DNA of 64,000 nucleotides from Dehalococcoidia bacterium (GTDB lineage Bacteria; Chloroflexota; Dehalococcoidia; Lucifugimonadales; UBA1123): NCBI GenBank assembly GCA_034428835.1, contig DAOUHG010000265.1, positions 1,400 to 65,399 of the forward strand, read 5' to 3'. Shown piece by piece: positions 57,207 to 64,000 of this stretch (position 1 is its first letter; each line of letters starts with the position of its first letter). The notes under the pieces were generated by a model. It saw only the letters and a program-made list of their open reading frames with translations, ran no database searches and was not told where the DNA came from. The position numbers and the translations under genes were made by a program.

Positions 57207-58067
57207 TCAGAAGTCAACGGCGATTTCTTGCTCGCTTCGTAGGTCGGGACGCATTGCCCTGGCCACTACTCCCTTCACCACCCAACGCACTGACGACATC
57301 TCGGTCGTCAGGCTTGGCACAGCCACATCTCCGACGTTCAACCGAAACCGCCATTCTCGAGTTTGGCCAGCTGGCAGCGACTCATCGCCTTCCAGCGTCA
57401 CGTTGTCTACGGCATAGTCCTGCGCATCGTTGCCGAATTTTTCGACACGAATGAGCTCGACCCTAACGTCCGCCGCTGCCACTTCCTGAAGCATCTCAGC
57501 ACGCAGTGTGCCATCCAGCCTATCCCCTGAACGCGCCTCTCCTGATGACACAGATAGAGTGAGATTGCATTGCCTATGGCCGGTTTCCGAGACGACTGAC
57601 CTGGGTGAGACGTCTACGACTACGGGAGACTCGACGATTGTGACCTCCTGGCTCTGATGAAGGTCACGAGCGCTGGCCACGTCAAGTGACGCCCTGACCT
57701 CCCACGAGATACCGGGCTGGATAGACCTGACCTTCGTACCGCTTATTGAGCGCGGTGCGTCCTCCGGCACGGCCAGTTTCACGTCGGTCGAATACTTCGC
57801 CCCGCTCCTGAGGGTCCCATTGTCCGAAAAAGTTTCCGCGACCTTGGCTCTGGTCTGAGTCTTCTTCTGATAGTGGGTGCCGTACTGACTGCTTGTCTTC
57901 TGCACGTAGGTCTCGGTACAGATCAGTTCCACCCTGCCCTCCCGGACGAGGAAACTGCTCTTCGGGACGAGCTCGACTCGAGCATTCAACTCGTCACCTG
58001 CATGTAGTACGGTATTGCTCAGGAGGACCCGAAACTCCGCCTCGGGACGACGAAAGCGCGACAGCAT
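57207..58067 (-). CDS. Hypothetical protein with two arrestin-like (Spo0M-like) beta-sandwich halves
   Basis: 286 aa. Both halves show the pattern G(D/E).L...V.L...(R)VEL(I)..E...W.V.(A)..., for example HAGDELNARVELVP...GRVELICTE and RSGDRLDGTLRAE...VRVELIRVE...VRWVVKG. By-eye assignment only. Confidence 0.45.
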   Translation of the reverse strand: MLSRFRRPEAEFRVLLSNTVLHAGDELNARVELVPKSSFLVREGRVELICTETYVQKTSSQYGTHYQKKTQTRAKVAETFSDNGTLRSGAKYSTDVKLAVPEDAPRSISGTKVRSIQPGISWEVRASLDVASARDLHQSQEVTIVESPVVVDVSPRSVVSETGHRQCNLTLSVSSGEARSGDRLDGTLRAEMLQEVAAADVRVELIRVEKFGNDAQDYAVDNVTLEGDESLPAGQTREWRFRLNVGDVAVPSLTTEMSSVRWVVKGVVARAMRPDLRSEQEIAVDF

Positions 58068-58243
58068 AGTGCAAATCTCTCGCGATGCTTCTTGCTGAAT
58101 CTGCCCATCATGGGTACCCAGGCCGAATGACGGCTCCCAAGTCTTCCATAGCGGGGCAATTTACTGCAGCGACTCGGTGTCACTGTCGGCTTGGAGACCG
58201 CAAAACCCGGCTTGCTCTCTGGTGCGACCCCAACTGGCGCGAG

Positions 58244-58613
58244 TTAGGCGGAATCAGCACCATCCAGCGGCCCCATGATGAGGTGAAGATCTCTACTGGT
58301 CAGCGCCTCAAGCAATTCAGAGACGATGATGTCTTTCTTCGTATGGTGACGCAGCGGCAGGTTGGGATCAACGCTGTAAACGTTGCGTCGCCCCGACTTA
58401 CGGCGGTCAATATATCCCGCCTTCTCAAAGGTCGGAAATGATCTTGTGGGTGGTTCTCTCAGTAACCCCGATACTCTGAGCGATCTCACGAGCAGTGCTC
58501 GTTGAGTTGTGCGATATGTAGCTGAGCACGAGTCCGTGGTTCGTGATGAAGGTCCACCGTGAGGCGGTAGTCAAGGCAATGGGCCTCCATAAAGGTTGCC
58601 TAAATACTAGCAC
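58244..58613 (-). CDS. Winged helix-turn-helix transcriptional regulator interrupted by a +1 frameshift at CUU UGA (58425-58430)
   Basis: ORF 58425..58613 ends ...AREIAQSIGVTERTTHKIISDL*. ORF 58244..58489 continues in the +1 frame with EKAGYIDRRKSGRRNVYSVDPNLPLRHH.... Joined, they form one contiguous wHTH (recognition helix plus wing). Confidence 0.65.
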
Positions 58614-58633
58614 AGCGAACGATCACGTTCAAT

Positions 58634-60148
58634 TCACGTAGCTGAATCCTTTTCTGCGAGTGTTGAGACCAACTCAATCAGAGTGCGAACTGGAACGCCT
58701 GTCGACCCCTTTGGATTGATGCCCTTAGTAGTTGTGGTCCTCGTCGTGGCGGCGATGTCCAGGTGAGCCCACTTGGCATCGCCGGCAAACTCTCCGATGA
58801 TAAGAGCACCCGTGATTGCTCCCGCACCTCTTCCGCCGGTGTTTCTGATATCGGCTATGTCGCTCTTGTACTCCGCCTTATAGGAAGGGTACGTGGGAAG
58901 CTGCCACATTCGTTCCCCTACGCTGCCGCCAGCATTGACAATCTCGTCGACCCACGCTTGGTCGTTCCCAAAGACGCCCGTTGCCCCGCTGCCCAGGGCC
59001 ACTCCTATCGCCCCGGTTAGAGTTGCAACGTCCACGATTCTACTCAGCCCATTTTCTACGGCGTAGCATACTGCGTCCGCGAGAACGAGCCGCCCCTCGG
59101 CATCGGTGTTGCCGATTTCGATCGTCTTGCCATTCATGGCACGGACGACGTCGCCAGGGCGTTGCGCTCGCCGTCCCGGCATGTTCTCGGTGGCAGGCAC
59201 GATTCCCCAGACATTGATCCTGGGCCTGATCGCCCCAATCGCTTTCATCGCGCCAATGACGCACGCCCCGCCAGACATGTCGCTCTTCATCGTCAGCATC
59301 CCTTCAGCCGACTTGAGGTCCAGACCGCCGCTGTCAAAGGTGATGCCCTTGCCCAACAGTCCAATGTTGTTCTCCGGCCTGTCAGGGTCGCCGCTGTATC
59401 TGATAACGATAAACTTCGGCGGTTCCTCGGTGCCCTGGGCGACACCAGTATACGCTCCCATCCCGAGGCGCTCTGCGTCAGAGCGTTCCAAAACAATCAG
59501 CTCCATGCTGGCTTCCCGGGCAACATCCAAGGCGATCTCAACCATGCGAGTCGGAGTCATGTAGTTGGCAGGCTCATTGGCCATCTCGCGAGCCAGGTTG
59601 ACCGCCTCGGCAATCTGCGTGCCGCGGTTGACCCCCTGAGTGACGGCTACCAGCTTGGACTGGTCGAACTCAATGATGTTCACGTCCTCGATGGATGAGT
59701 CTTCGAAGTCCGACTTGTACTTGTCAAAAGAGTAGAGGCCAAGCCCGATTCCCTCAGTGGCGGCTTGAGCCGACACTGCTACATCGAGGCCACCTACTCC
59801 TGCCCCATGAAGGATGGTCGAGTAACTCTCTAGCCCCTTGGCAGAAAGCAGGCGCGCGACTTCCGCATTGACCTCCCTAGCGACATCGCCGTCGAATTCG
59901 GATTGCTTTCCCAGTCCGGCGACGACAACGCGTCGAGCCGGTAGACGGCCCAACGTATAAAGCAGCGTGCACTCTCCCCTCTTGCCCGTTATATCGCCCT
60001 CTTGAATCAAGTCGGTAAGGGCACCACCAAGCGCGCTGTCCACGGCACCGGTAGCGCCGCCTGGTTGTGATACACCTTCAAACAGGTTTACCATTATAGC
60101 CGCGTCTTCTCGCTCAGCAATATTTCCCTGAATCACATTTACATTCAT
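58634..60148 (-). CDS. pepA: Leucyl aminopeptidase (M17)
   Basis: Motifs GKGITFDSGGLDLK and NTDAEGRLVLAD. Confidence 0.9.
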   Translation of the reverse strand: MNVNVIQGNIAEREDAAIMVNLFEGVSQPGGATGAVDSALGGALTDLIQEGDITGKRGECTLLYTLGRLPARRVVVAGLGKQSEFDGDVAREVNAEVARLLSAKGLESYSTILHGAGVGGLDVAVSAQAATEGIGLGLYSFDKYKSDFEDSSIEDVNIIEFDQSKLVAVTQGVNRGTQIAEAVNLAREMANEPANYMTPTRMVEIALDVAREASMELIVLERSDAERLGMGAYTGVAQGTEEPPKFIVIRYSGDPDRPENNIGLLGKGITFDSGGLDLKSAEGMLTMKSDMSGGACVIGAMKAIGAIRPRINVWGIVPATENMPGRRAQRPGDVVRAMNGKTIEIGNTDAEGRLVLADAVCYAVENGLSRIVDVATLTGAIGVALGSGATGVFGNDQAWVDEIVNAGGSVGERMWQLPTYPSYKAEYKSDIADIRNTGGRGAGAITGALIIGEFAGDAKWAHLDIAATTRTTTTKGINPKGSTGVPVRTLIELVSTLAEKDSAT

Positions 60149-60222
60149 GTCGCTTCTCCTGAGTAGGGGTAACGTCTGTCATTATATGGCAATCGGCTTG
60201 AATCGCGGGTGAGTGGGTGCTC

Positions 60223-60231
60223 TGGTATAAT
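60223..60231 (+). promoter_or_regulatory. Extended -10 promoter element (TGgTATAAT) for the aminotransferase gene
   Basis: TG at 60223-60224 and TATAAT at 60226-60231, about 62 nt upstream of ATG 60293. Confidence 0.5.
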
Positions 60232-60292
60232 CCCCGAAAACCGCAAACTACCATCACTTTCGACGCCTTCACCAGAATCTAGGAGCCACACC

Positions 60293-61573
60293 ATGCCTCG
60301 CCCGCAGTCAGAGTCCGAACGACAACTGGTTACACGCGCCCATCGGGTACTGCCGGGTGGGAACCTAGGCAATGTCAGCCAAGACATCGTAATCGCAAGA
60401 GGTGAGGGCAGCAGGATCTGGGATGCCAGCGGCAATGAGTATATCGATTACTTGCTGGGATCAGGTCCTATGGTCATAGGACACAGTCATCCGGAAGTGG
60501 TCGATGCCGTTCGAGAGCAACTGGCCAGTGGCACTACGTTCTTCGCCAACAATGAGCACGCGATAGAGCTCGCTGAGGAGATCGTAAGCGCAGTTCCGTG
60601 TGCGGAAAAGGTCAGATTCAGCTCTACAGGCACTGAGGCGACAATGTACGCCATGCGCGCTGCGAGAGCCTACAGGGGCAGGGACAAGATCCTCAAATTC
60701 GAGGGAGGATTCCACGGCATGAACGACTACGCGCTCATGAGCGTGTTTTCGGTCAATCCGGATGGCTACCCGCATCCCGTTCCCGACTCCGCCGGGATCC
60801 CAAAGTCGATCCAGAACGAGGTACTCATCGCTCCGTTCAACGACCTCGACACAACCGCTGAAATCATCCAACATTACCACGAGGAACTAGGCGGGATAAT
60901 CGTCGAACCTTTCCAGAGGCTCATTCCCCCGCAACCCGGATTCTTGCAAGGACTCAGAAAACTCGCGGACGAGTTCGAGATCCCGCTTATCTTCGACGAA
61001 GTGGTAACCGGCTTCAGGTTCGCATACGGCGGGGCTCAGGAGTTTTACGGAGTCCAACCAGACCTCTGCACGCTAGGGAAAGCGGTTGCAGGTGGTTTCC
61101 CGCTAACGGCGGTCGCTGGAAGGGACGATATCATGTCACACATGGACTCTGATTCGGCGCCCTCCGACGGTTTCATGCCCCAGATTGGCACACTGAGCGG
61201 AAACCCGATTGCGGCAGTCGCGGGCCTGAAGACGCTGGAGATTCTGCGCCGGCCGGGCACCTACGAGACGATGCGGGCGACCGGAAACCAGCTCAGGGGG
61301 AATCTCCAGAGGATGCTCGACGAAGCGGAGATCCCAGCCCACGTGACCGGGGAAGCCGTGCTTTTCGACGTGTTCTTCACTGATCAGGAAATCACGGACT
61401 ACCGCTCTGCACTGACTTCAGACGCGGAGACAATGGGTAGGTTCAACTCCGCTGTCGTGGACAGGGGTGTGTTCAAGGGCTCGTCCAAGTTCTACATTTC
61501 TGCGGCCCACACGGAGGCGGACGTCGATCAGACTCTCGAAGCATTCAGGGGAGCCGTAGACGAACTCCGCTGA
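60293..61573 (+). CDS. Class-III (omega) aminotransferase, glutamate-1-semialdehyde aminomutase-like
   Basis: ATG 60293 lies 8 nt after AGGAG. Motifs GSGPMVIGHSHPEV, FDEVVTGFR and LGKAVAGGFP (PLP Lys). Confidence 0.8.
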   Translation: MPRPQSESERQLVTRAHRVLPGGNLGNVSQDIVIARGEGSRIWDASGNEYIDYLLGSGPMVIGHSHPEVVDAVREQLASGTTFFANNEHAIELAEEIVSAVPCAEKVRFSSTGTEATMYAMRAARAYRGRDKILKFEGGFHGMNDYALMSVFSVNPDGYPHPVPDSAGIPKSIQNEVLIAPFNDLDTTAEIIQHYHEELGGIIVEPFQRLIPPQPGFLQGLRKLADEFEIPLIFDEVVTGFRFAYGGAQEFYGVQPDLCTLGKAVAGGFPLTAVAGRDDIMSHMDSDSAPSDGFMPQIGTLSGNPIAAVAGLKTLEILRRPGTYETMRATGNQLRGNLQRMLDEAEIPAHVTGEAVLFDVFFTDQEITDYRSALTSDAETMGRFNSAVVDRGVFKGSSKFYISAAHTEADVDQTLEAFRGAVDELR

Positions 61574-61788
61574 AATCCGTCTAGTGCATTCCACACGCAC
61601 AGGCCGCTACCAGTGGTTGTGTTTTCGTGTCCGTCCCACTATGAGGGCCGCGCATTCTGCTAAACATTATGCTTTGAGCAATTACGAGAATCGTAGTTGA
61701 TCTTCTTTTATGTAACTGTTTTTCACTAATCACTACAGTCATAAATATTTTACACACGTATATTACTAATATATATACATTCTCACGC

Positions 61789-61817
61789 TTGACAATTAGC
61801 TCCACGAATCCTAAAGT
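61789..61817 (+). promoter_or_regulatory. Putative strong sigma-70 promoter with an AT-rich UP-like element
   Basis: TTGACA (61789-61794), a 17-nt spacer, then TAAAGT (61812-61817). It is preceded by about 50 nt of unusually AT-rich sequence (61741-61788). Confidence 0.5.
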
Positions 61818-62151
61818 GGGAGGCGTGGGCTCCGGGGGGGAACGCCCAATCCGTTGAAGGTTCAGATGCGATCTAGAGGCACGAAAGTTGTCGCTTTCGC
61901 ATTTCCGGCCCGGTTAACAGGCATCGCTCTTTAGCATGACCTTGATTCACTGGGTCGGCTTGTCCTACCAGCAAGATTGACGCCCGCGCGTGTGACGATA
62001 CGCGCACATTCGGTGTCACAGTGCGCCATCCTATTGGTTGGCGCCCGCTAGGGCTGATCCTTCTACATTCCGTTAAACGGATTGCGAAACCTGTCCCTGC
62101 CCACCTGTTTGAGACTGACATCATCTTTTGCTTTTCTTGGAGGTTAGCCAG
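61818..62151 (+). other. Long GC-rich structured leader or unidentified RNA element upstream of the degenerate MBL-fold gene
   Basis: No plausible ORF. Hairpin GGCGT...ACGCC (61822-61846). 8-bp long-range complement AATCCGTT (61848-61855) / AACGGATT (62076-62083). Mutually exclusive pairings GCGCGT (61986-61991) : ACGCGC (62000-62005) versus GCGCAC (62002-62007) : GTGCGC (62021-62026). Confidence 0.4.
61953..61984 (+). repeat. Copy A of the repeated module GGTCGGCTTG ... CAGCAAGATTGACGCC
   Basis: 10-mer at 61953-61962 and exact 16-mer at 61969-61984. The same ordered pair recurs at 62997-63087. Confidence 0.6.
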
Positions 62152-62988
62152 GTGGAAGTCGGAAATACTTCAATCAATCTATTAAAAGACGGTACTTTCA
62201 TGGTCGATGGCGGCGTGATCTTCGGTCAGCTCGCCCGCACTCAATGGGAGCAGTTTGTCAAGCCCGATCGCAGGAACAGGATTCGCCTGGGCCTAAACGC
62301 GGTCTTGGTCAGAACTCCAGACATGAACGTCCTGATCGATACGGGCGCCGGCAACAAACGCATAGTCGAGCTCAAGGCCGACTACAGTTTGAACGGCAAT
62401 AAGTTGTCCAAGGGACTGAAGTCCTTCGGACTAACGGCGAGAGACATAGACATTGTAGTGCTGACCAATCTTCGCTTTGAGCATAGCGGAGGCTGCACCA
62501 AGCTGGACCGAACCGGCGCCGCGATACCCATGTTTACCAAGGCACGCTACATGGTCCAGAAAGCGTCGTGGGATGCTGCCATTTCTCCCAATGAGCGCTA
62601 TTCCCAGTCCTTCTATGAGGATGACTTTGAGCCTCTTGCGGAGCGTGACCTGATCCACTTCGTCGACGGGAGCGACGAAGTTGTCCCCGGCGTGACCGTG
62701 AAGCTCATGGAAGGCCCTTCCAAGGGCAATCAGGTAGTATTCATTCAGTACGGCAGCGAACGCATCATCTATGCGGGAGACCTCATCCCTACCCCATTCC
62801 ATCTCCCTCTACATCACATACCAGCATCTGCTGAGTTTCCCAACGACACGCTGGTGCAGAAGCGTGAGTTGCTGGAAATGGCGATGGGAGACGGATGGAT
62901 AATTGTTTTCGGGCATGGGAACGACTGCAACGCGGCCTACGTGCGCGACCGTGGTGGTGTGCCGCAGCTTGTGCCAGTGGACATGTAG
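62152..62988 (+). CDS. MBL-fold protein with a degenerate metal-binding signature
   Basis: GTG 62152 lies 7 nt after GGAGG (the track starts at 62128). Where HxHxDH is expected the sequence reads VVLTNLRFEHSGG. The second His motif is replaced by MEGPSKGN. YAGDL and FGHGND are retained. Confidence 0.7.
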   Translation: MEVGNTSINLLKDGTFMVDGGVIFGQLARTQWEQFVKPDRRNRIRLGLNAVLVRTPDMNVLIDTGAGNKRIVELKADYSLNGNKLSKGLKSFGLTARDIDIVVLTNLRFEHSGGCTKLDRTGAAIPMFTKARYMVQKASWDAAISPNERYSQSFYEDDFEPLAERDLIHFVDGSDEVVPGVTVKLMEGPSKGNQVVFIQYGSERIIYAGDLIPTPFHLPLHHIPASAEFPNDTLVQKRELLEMAMGDGWIIVFGHGNDCNAAYVRDRGGVPQLVPVDM

Positions 62989-62996
62989 CGGACCAC

Positions 62997-63087
62997 GGTC
63001 GGCTTGCTGGCGAGTGAGGTTCTGAGAGCAATCAGTGGGTCCGTTCTACTCGAACTCACAAATGAACACTTCAGCAAGATTGACGCC
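62997..63087 (+). repeat. Copy B of the repeated module, expanded by an internal imperfect hairpin
   Basis: GGTCGGCTTG at 62997-63006 and CAGCAAGATTGACGCC at 63072-63087. CTTGCTG (63003-63009) pairs with CAGCAAG (63072-63078), enclosing GTGAGGTTC...GAACTCAC. Confidence 0.6.
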
Positions 63088-63118
63088 TAAGTAGAAAGTG
63101 AACCCAGGATCGTCGGGA

Positions 63119-63151
63119 AGTCGGGGTGAATCCAGAATAGTCTCCCCGACT
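63119..63151 (-). terminator. Hairpin downstream of mtaB (possible terminator; no clear U-run)
   Basis: AGTCGGGG, a 17-nt loop, then CCCCGACT. It lies 25 nt beyond the mtaB stop. Confidence 0.35.
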
Positions 63152-63175
63152 CTCGACACCTAGTGGGCTTGGTTT

Positions 63176-64000
63176 CTAGTCAGGGATCTCTGCCTTCACC
63201 CACTCTCCGTCAATCGAGGTCAGTCTTGTTGTCGTGATCTGATTTGTCAGGTCTGCCTCCGTGGATGCCCGGACCCGGATGTAGTTGTCCGTAAGGCCCG
63301 ACCAGAACTGATGCTCCGACGCATCTCTTTCAACGGCGCGCTCCCACAACACCTCCCTACTGCCGCCCAGGAATCGATTCCTGAAGTTGCGTGAAAGGTC
63401 ATGCGCCACCGCAGACAGCTCGGCCGCTCTTTCCGTCTTCGTTTGGGCATCGACCTGCGCGCTGTAGTACGCAGCGCTCGTACCTGGGCGTATCGAATAG
63501 GGAAACACATGCACAGAGGCGAGTTCAGATTCGACGCACATGTCAACAGTATCGCGGAAGTCTGAGTCTGTTTCTCCTGGAAAGCCTGCGATTACGTCGG
63601 CGGTAATTGCGACGTCCGGGACGGCGTTCTGGATTCGGCTGACAGTATCCGAGAAGTCAGTCGCATTGTAGCGGCGCCTCATGCGTTGGAGCACAGAATT
63701 GCTCCCACTTTGGAGAGGGACGTGGAAGTGCGGGCACAGCCTGCTGTCACTCCACAACTCTAGCAGTTCGTCGGAAATATCCTGCGGCTGAAGAGACGAT
63801 ACTCTTATTCTTGGCAGATTCGTATTGTCCAGCAGACTCCTGATCAGCGAGGTGATATCAACATCGGCCAGGTCGAATCCGTAAGAGCCAAGCTGAGTAC
63901 CAGTTAGTACTATCTCCTGACACCCTGCCCGGCCGTATGCTTTCGCAGTATCAGCGATTTGATGCAATGGAATACTGCGTTCTCTACCCCGAACCTTGGG
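63176..64000 (-). CDS. mtaB: Radical-SAM methylthiotransferase (MtaB/MiaB-like), C-terminal part with TRAM domain; the 5' end lies beyond the window
   Basis: The frame is open to base 64000 (PKVRGRERSIPLHQIADTAKAYGRAGCQEIVLTGTQLGSYG...). Contains FHVPLQSGSNSVLQRMRR and a C-terminal TRAM-like end. Confidence 0.75.
   Translation of the reverse strand, partial: PKVRGRERSIPLHQIADTAKAYGRAGCQEIVLTGTQLGSYGFDLADVDITSLIRSLLDNTNLPRIRVSSLQPQDISDELLELWSDSRLCPHFHVPLQSGSNSVLQRMRRRYNATDFSDTVSRIQNAVPDVAITADVIAGFPGETDSDFRDTVDMCVESELASVHVFPYSIRPGTSAAYYSAQVDAQTKTERAAELSAVAHDLSRNFRNRFLGGSREVLWERAVERDASEHQFWSGLTDNYIRVRASTEADLTNQITTTRLTSIDGEWVKAEIPD

Noticed and set aside
61818-62151. tRNA-Sec, RNase P RNA, SRP RNA, or a cobalamin/ZTP/guanidine/c-di-GMP riboswitch in the long leader
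   Set aside because: The similarities are isolated short strings: GGGCTCC / GGGGGGGAA as in RNase P, CTAGGG as in ykkC, and CACGCACAGG (at about 61594, upstream of the leader) as in GEMM-I. None of them sits in the right order or with the required flanking conserved blocks. There is no T-arm and no UCA anticodon loop.
1-64000. CRISPR arrays, IS elements/transposases, prophage genes, toxin-antitoxin pairs and restriction-modification genes
   Set aside because: I noticed no regularly spaced repeat array, no terminal inverted repeats bracketing a transposase-like ORF, and none of the typical signature motifs. The window looks like core chromosome.

Overview
This is a gene-dense bacterial chromosomal segment with about 58 protein-coding genes and 3 tRNAs. 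I saw no rRNA, CRISPR array, transposase or integrase. SD sequences are strong (GGAGG-type), TTG/GTG starts are frequent, and many neighbouring genes have 4-8 nt start/stop overlaps. The lineage cannot be determined from the sequence alone; archaeal-type ApgM, DapL-type lysine synthesis and a tungsten-type AOR argue for a non-proteobacterial, possibly Chloroflexota-like, organism.

Gene content from left to right:
- Minus-strand Mo/W-enzyme cluster: fdsGBA-type NAD-formate dehydrogenase (Cys type; the alpha subunit runs off the left edge and is missing from the ORF track), aldehyde:ferredoxin oxidoreductase, moaD-like, mobA, two moeA, and fhs.
- Zn-ADH, an uncharacterised internally duplicated protein, an MFS transporter, aroC, an SDR and glcDEF.
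- Two thioredoxin-fold proteins, tenA and tRNA-Arg.
- Hypothetical genes around smpB and ctpA.
- hflX, dapL, dapF, miaA, then tpiA-apgM-pgk and a polyprenyl synthase, then tsaC.
- guaA-purDEBC-(DUF3105-like)-purS.
- Convergent hisZ-hisG-X-hisD-hisC-hisB.
- degV, tRNA-Arg / MBL hydrolase / tRNA-His, an arrestin-like protein, a frameshifted wHTH regulator, pepA, a class-III aminotransferase, a degenerate MBL-fold protein behind a long leader, and partial mtaB.

Most interesting observations:
1. An in-frame UGA sits exactly in the CxxC motif of a thioredoxin/NHL-repeat protein and is followed by a SECIS-like hairpin, making it a candidate selenoprotein.
2. A predicted metallo-phosphoesterase-like gene is translationally coupled inside the his operon, which lacks any recognisable histidinol-phosphatase.
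3. A CUU-UGA +1 frameshift site splits a winged-helix regulator.
4. A strong promoter drives a roughly 330-nt structured leader in front of a degenerate MBL-fold gene that is flanked by a repeated sequence module.
5. A long-form HisG is overlapped with HisZ.

All functional calls come from motif recognition by eye; no database search was run.
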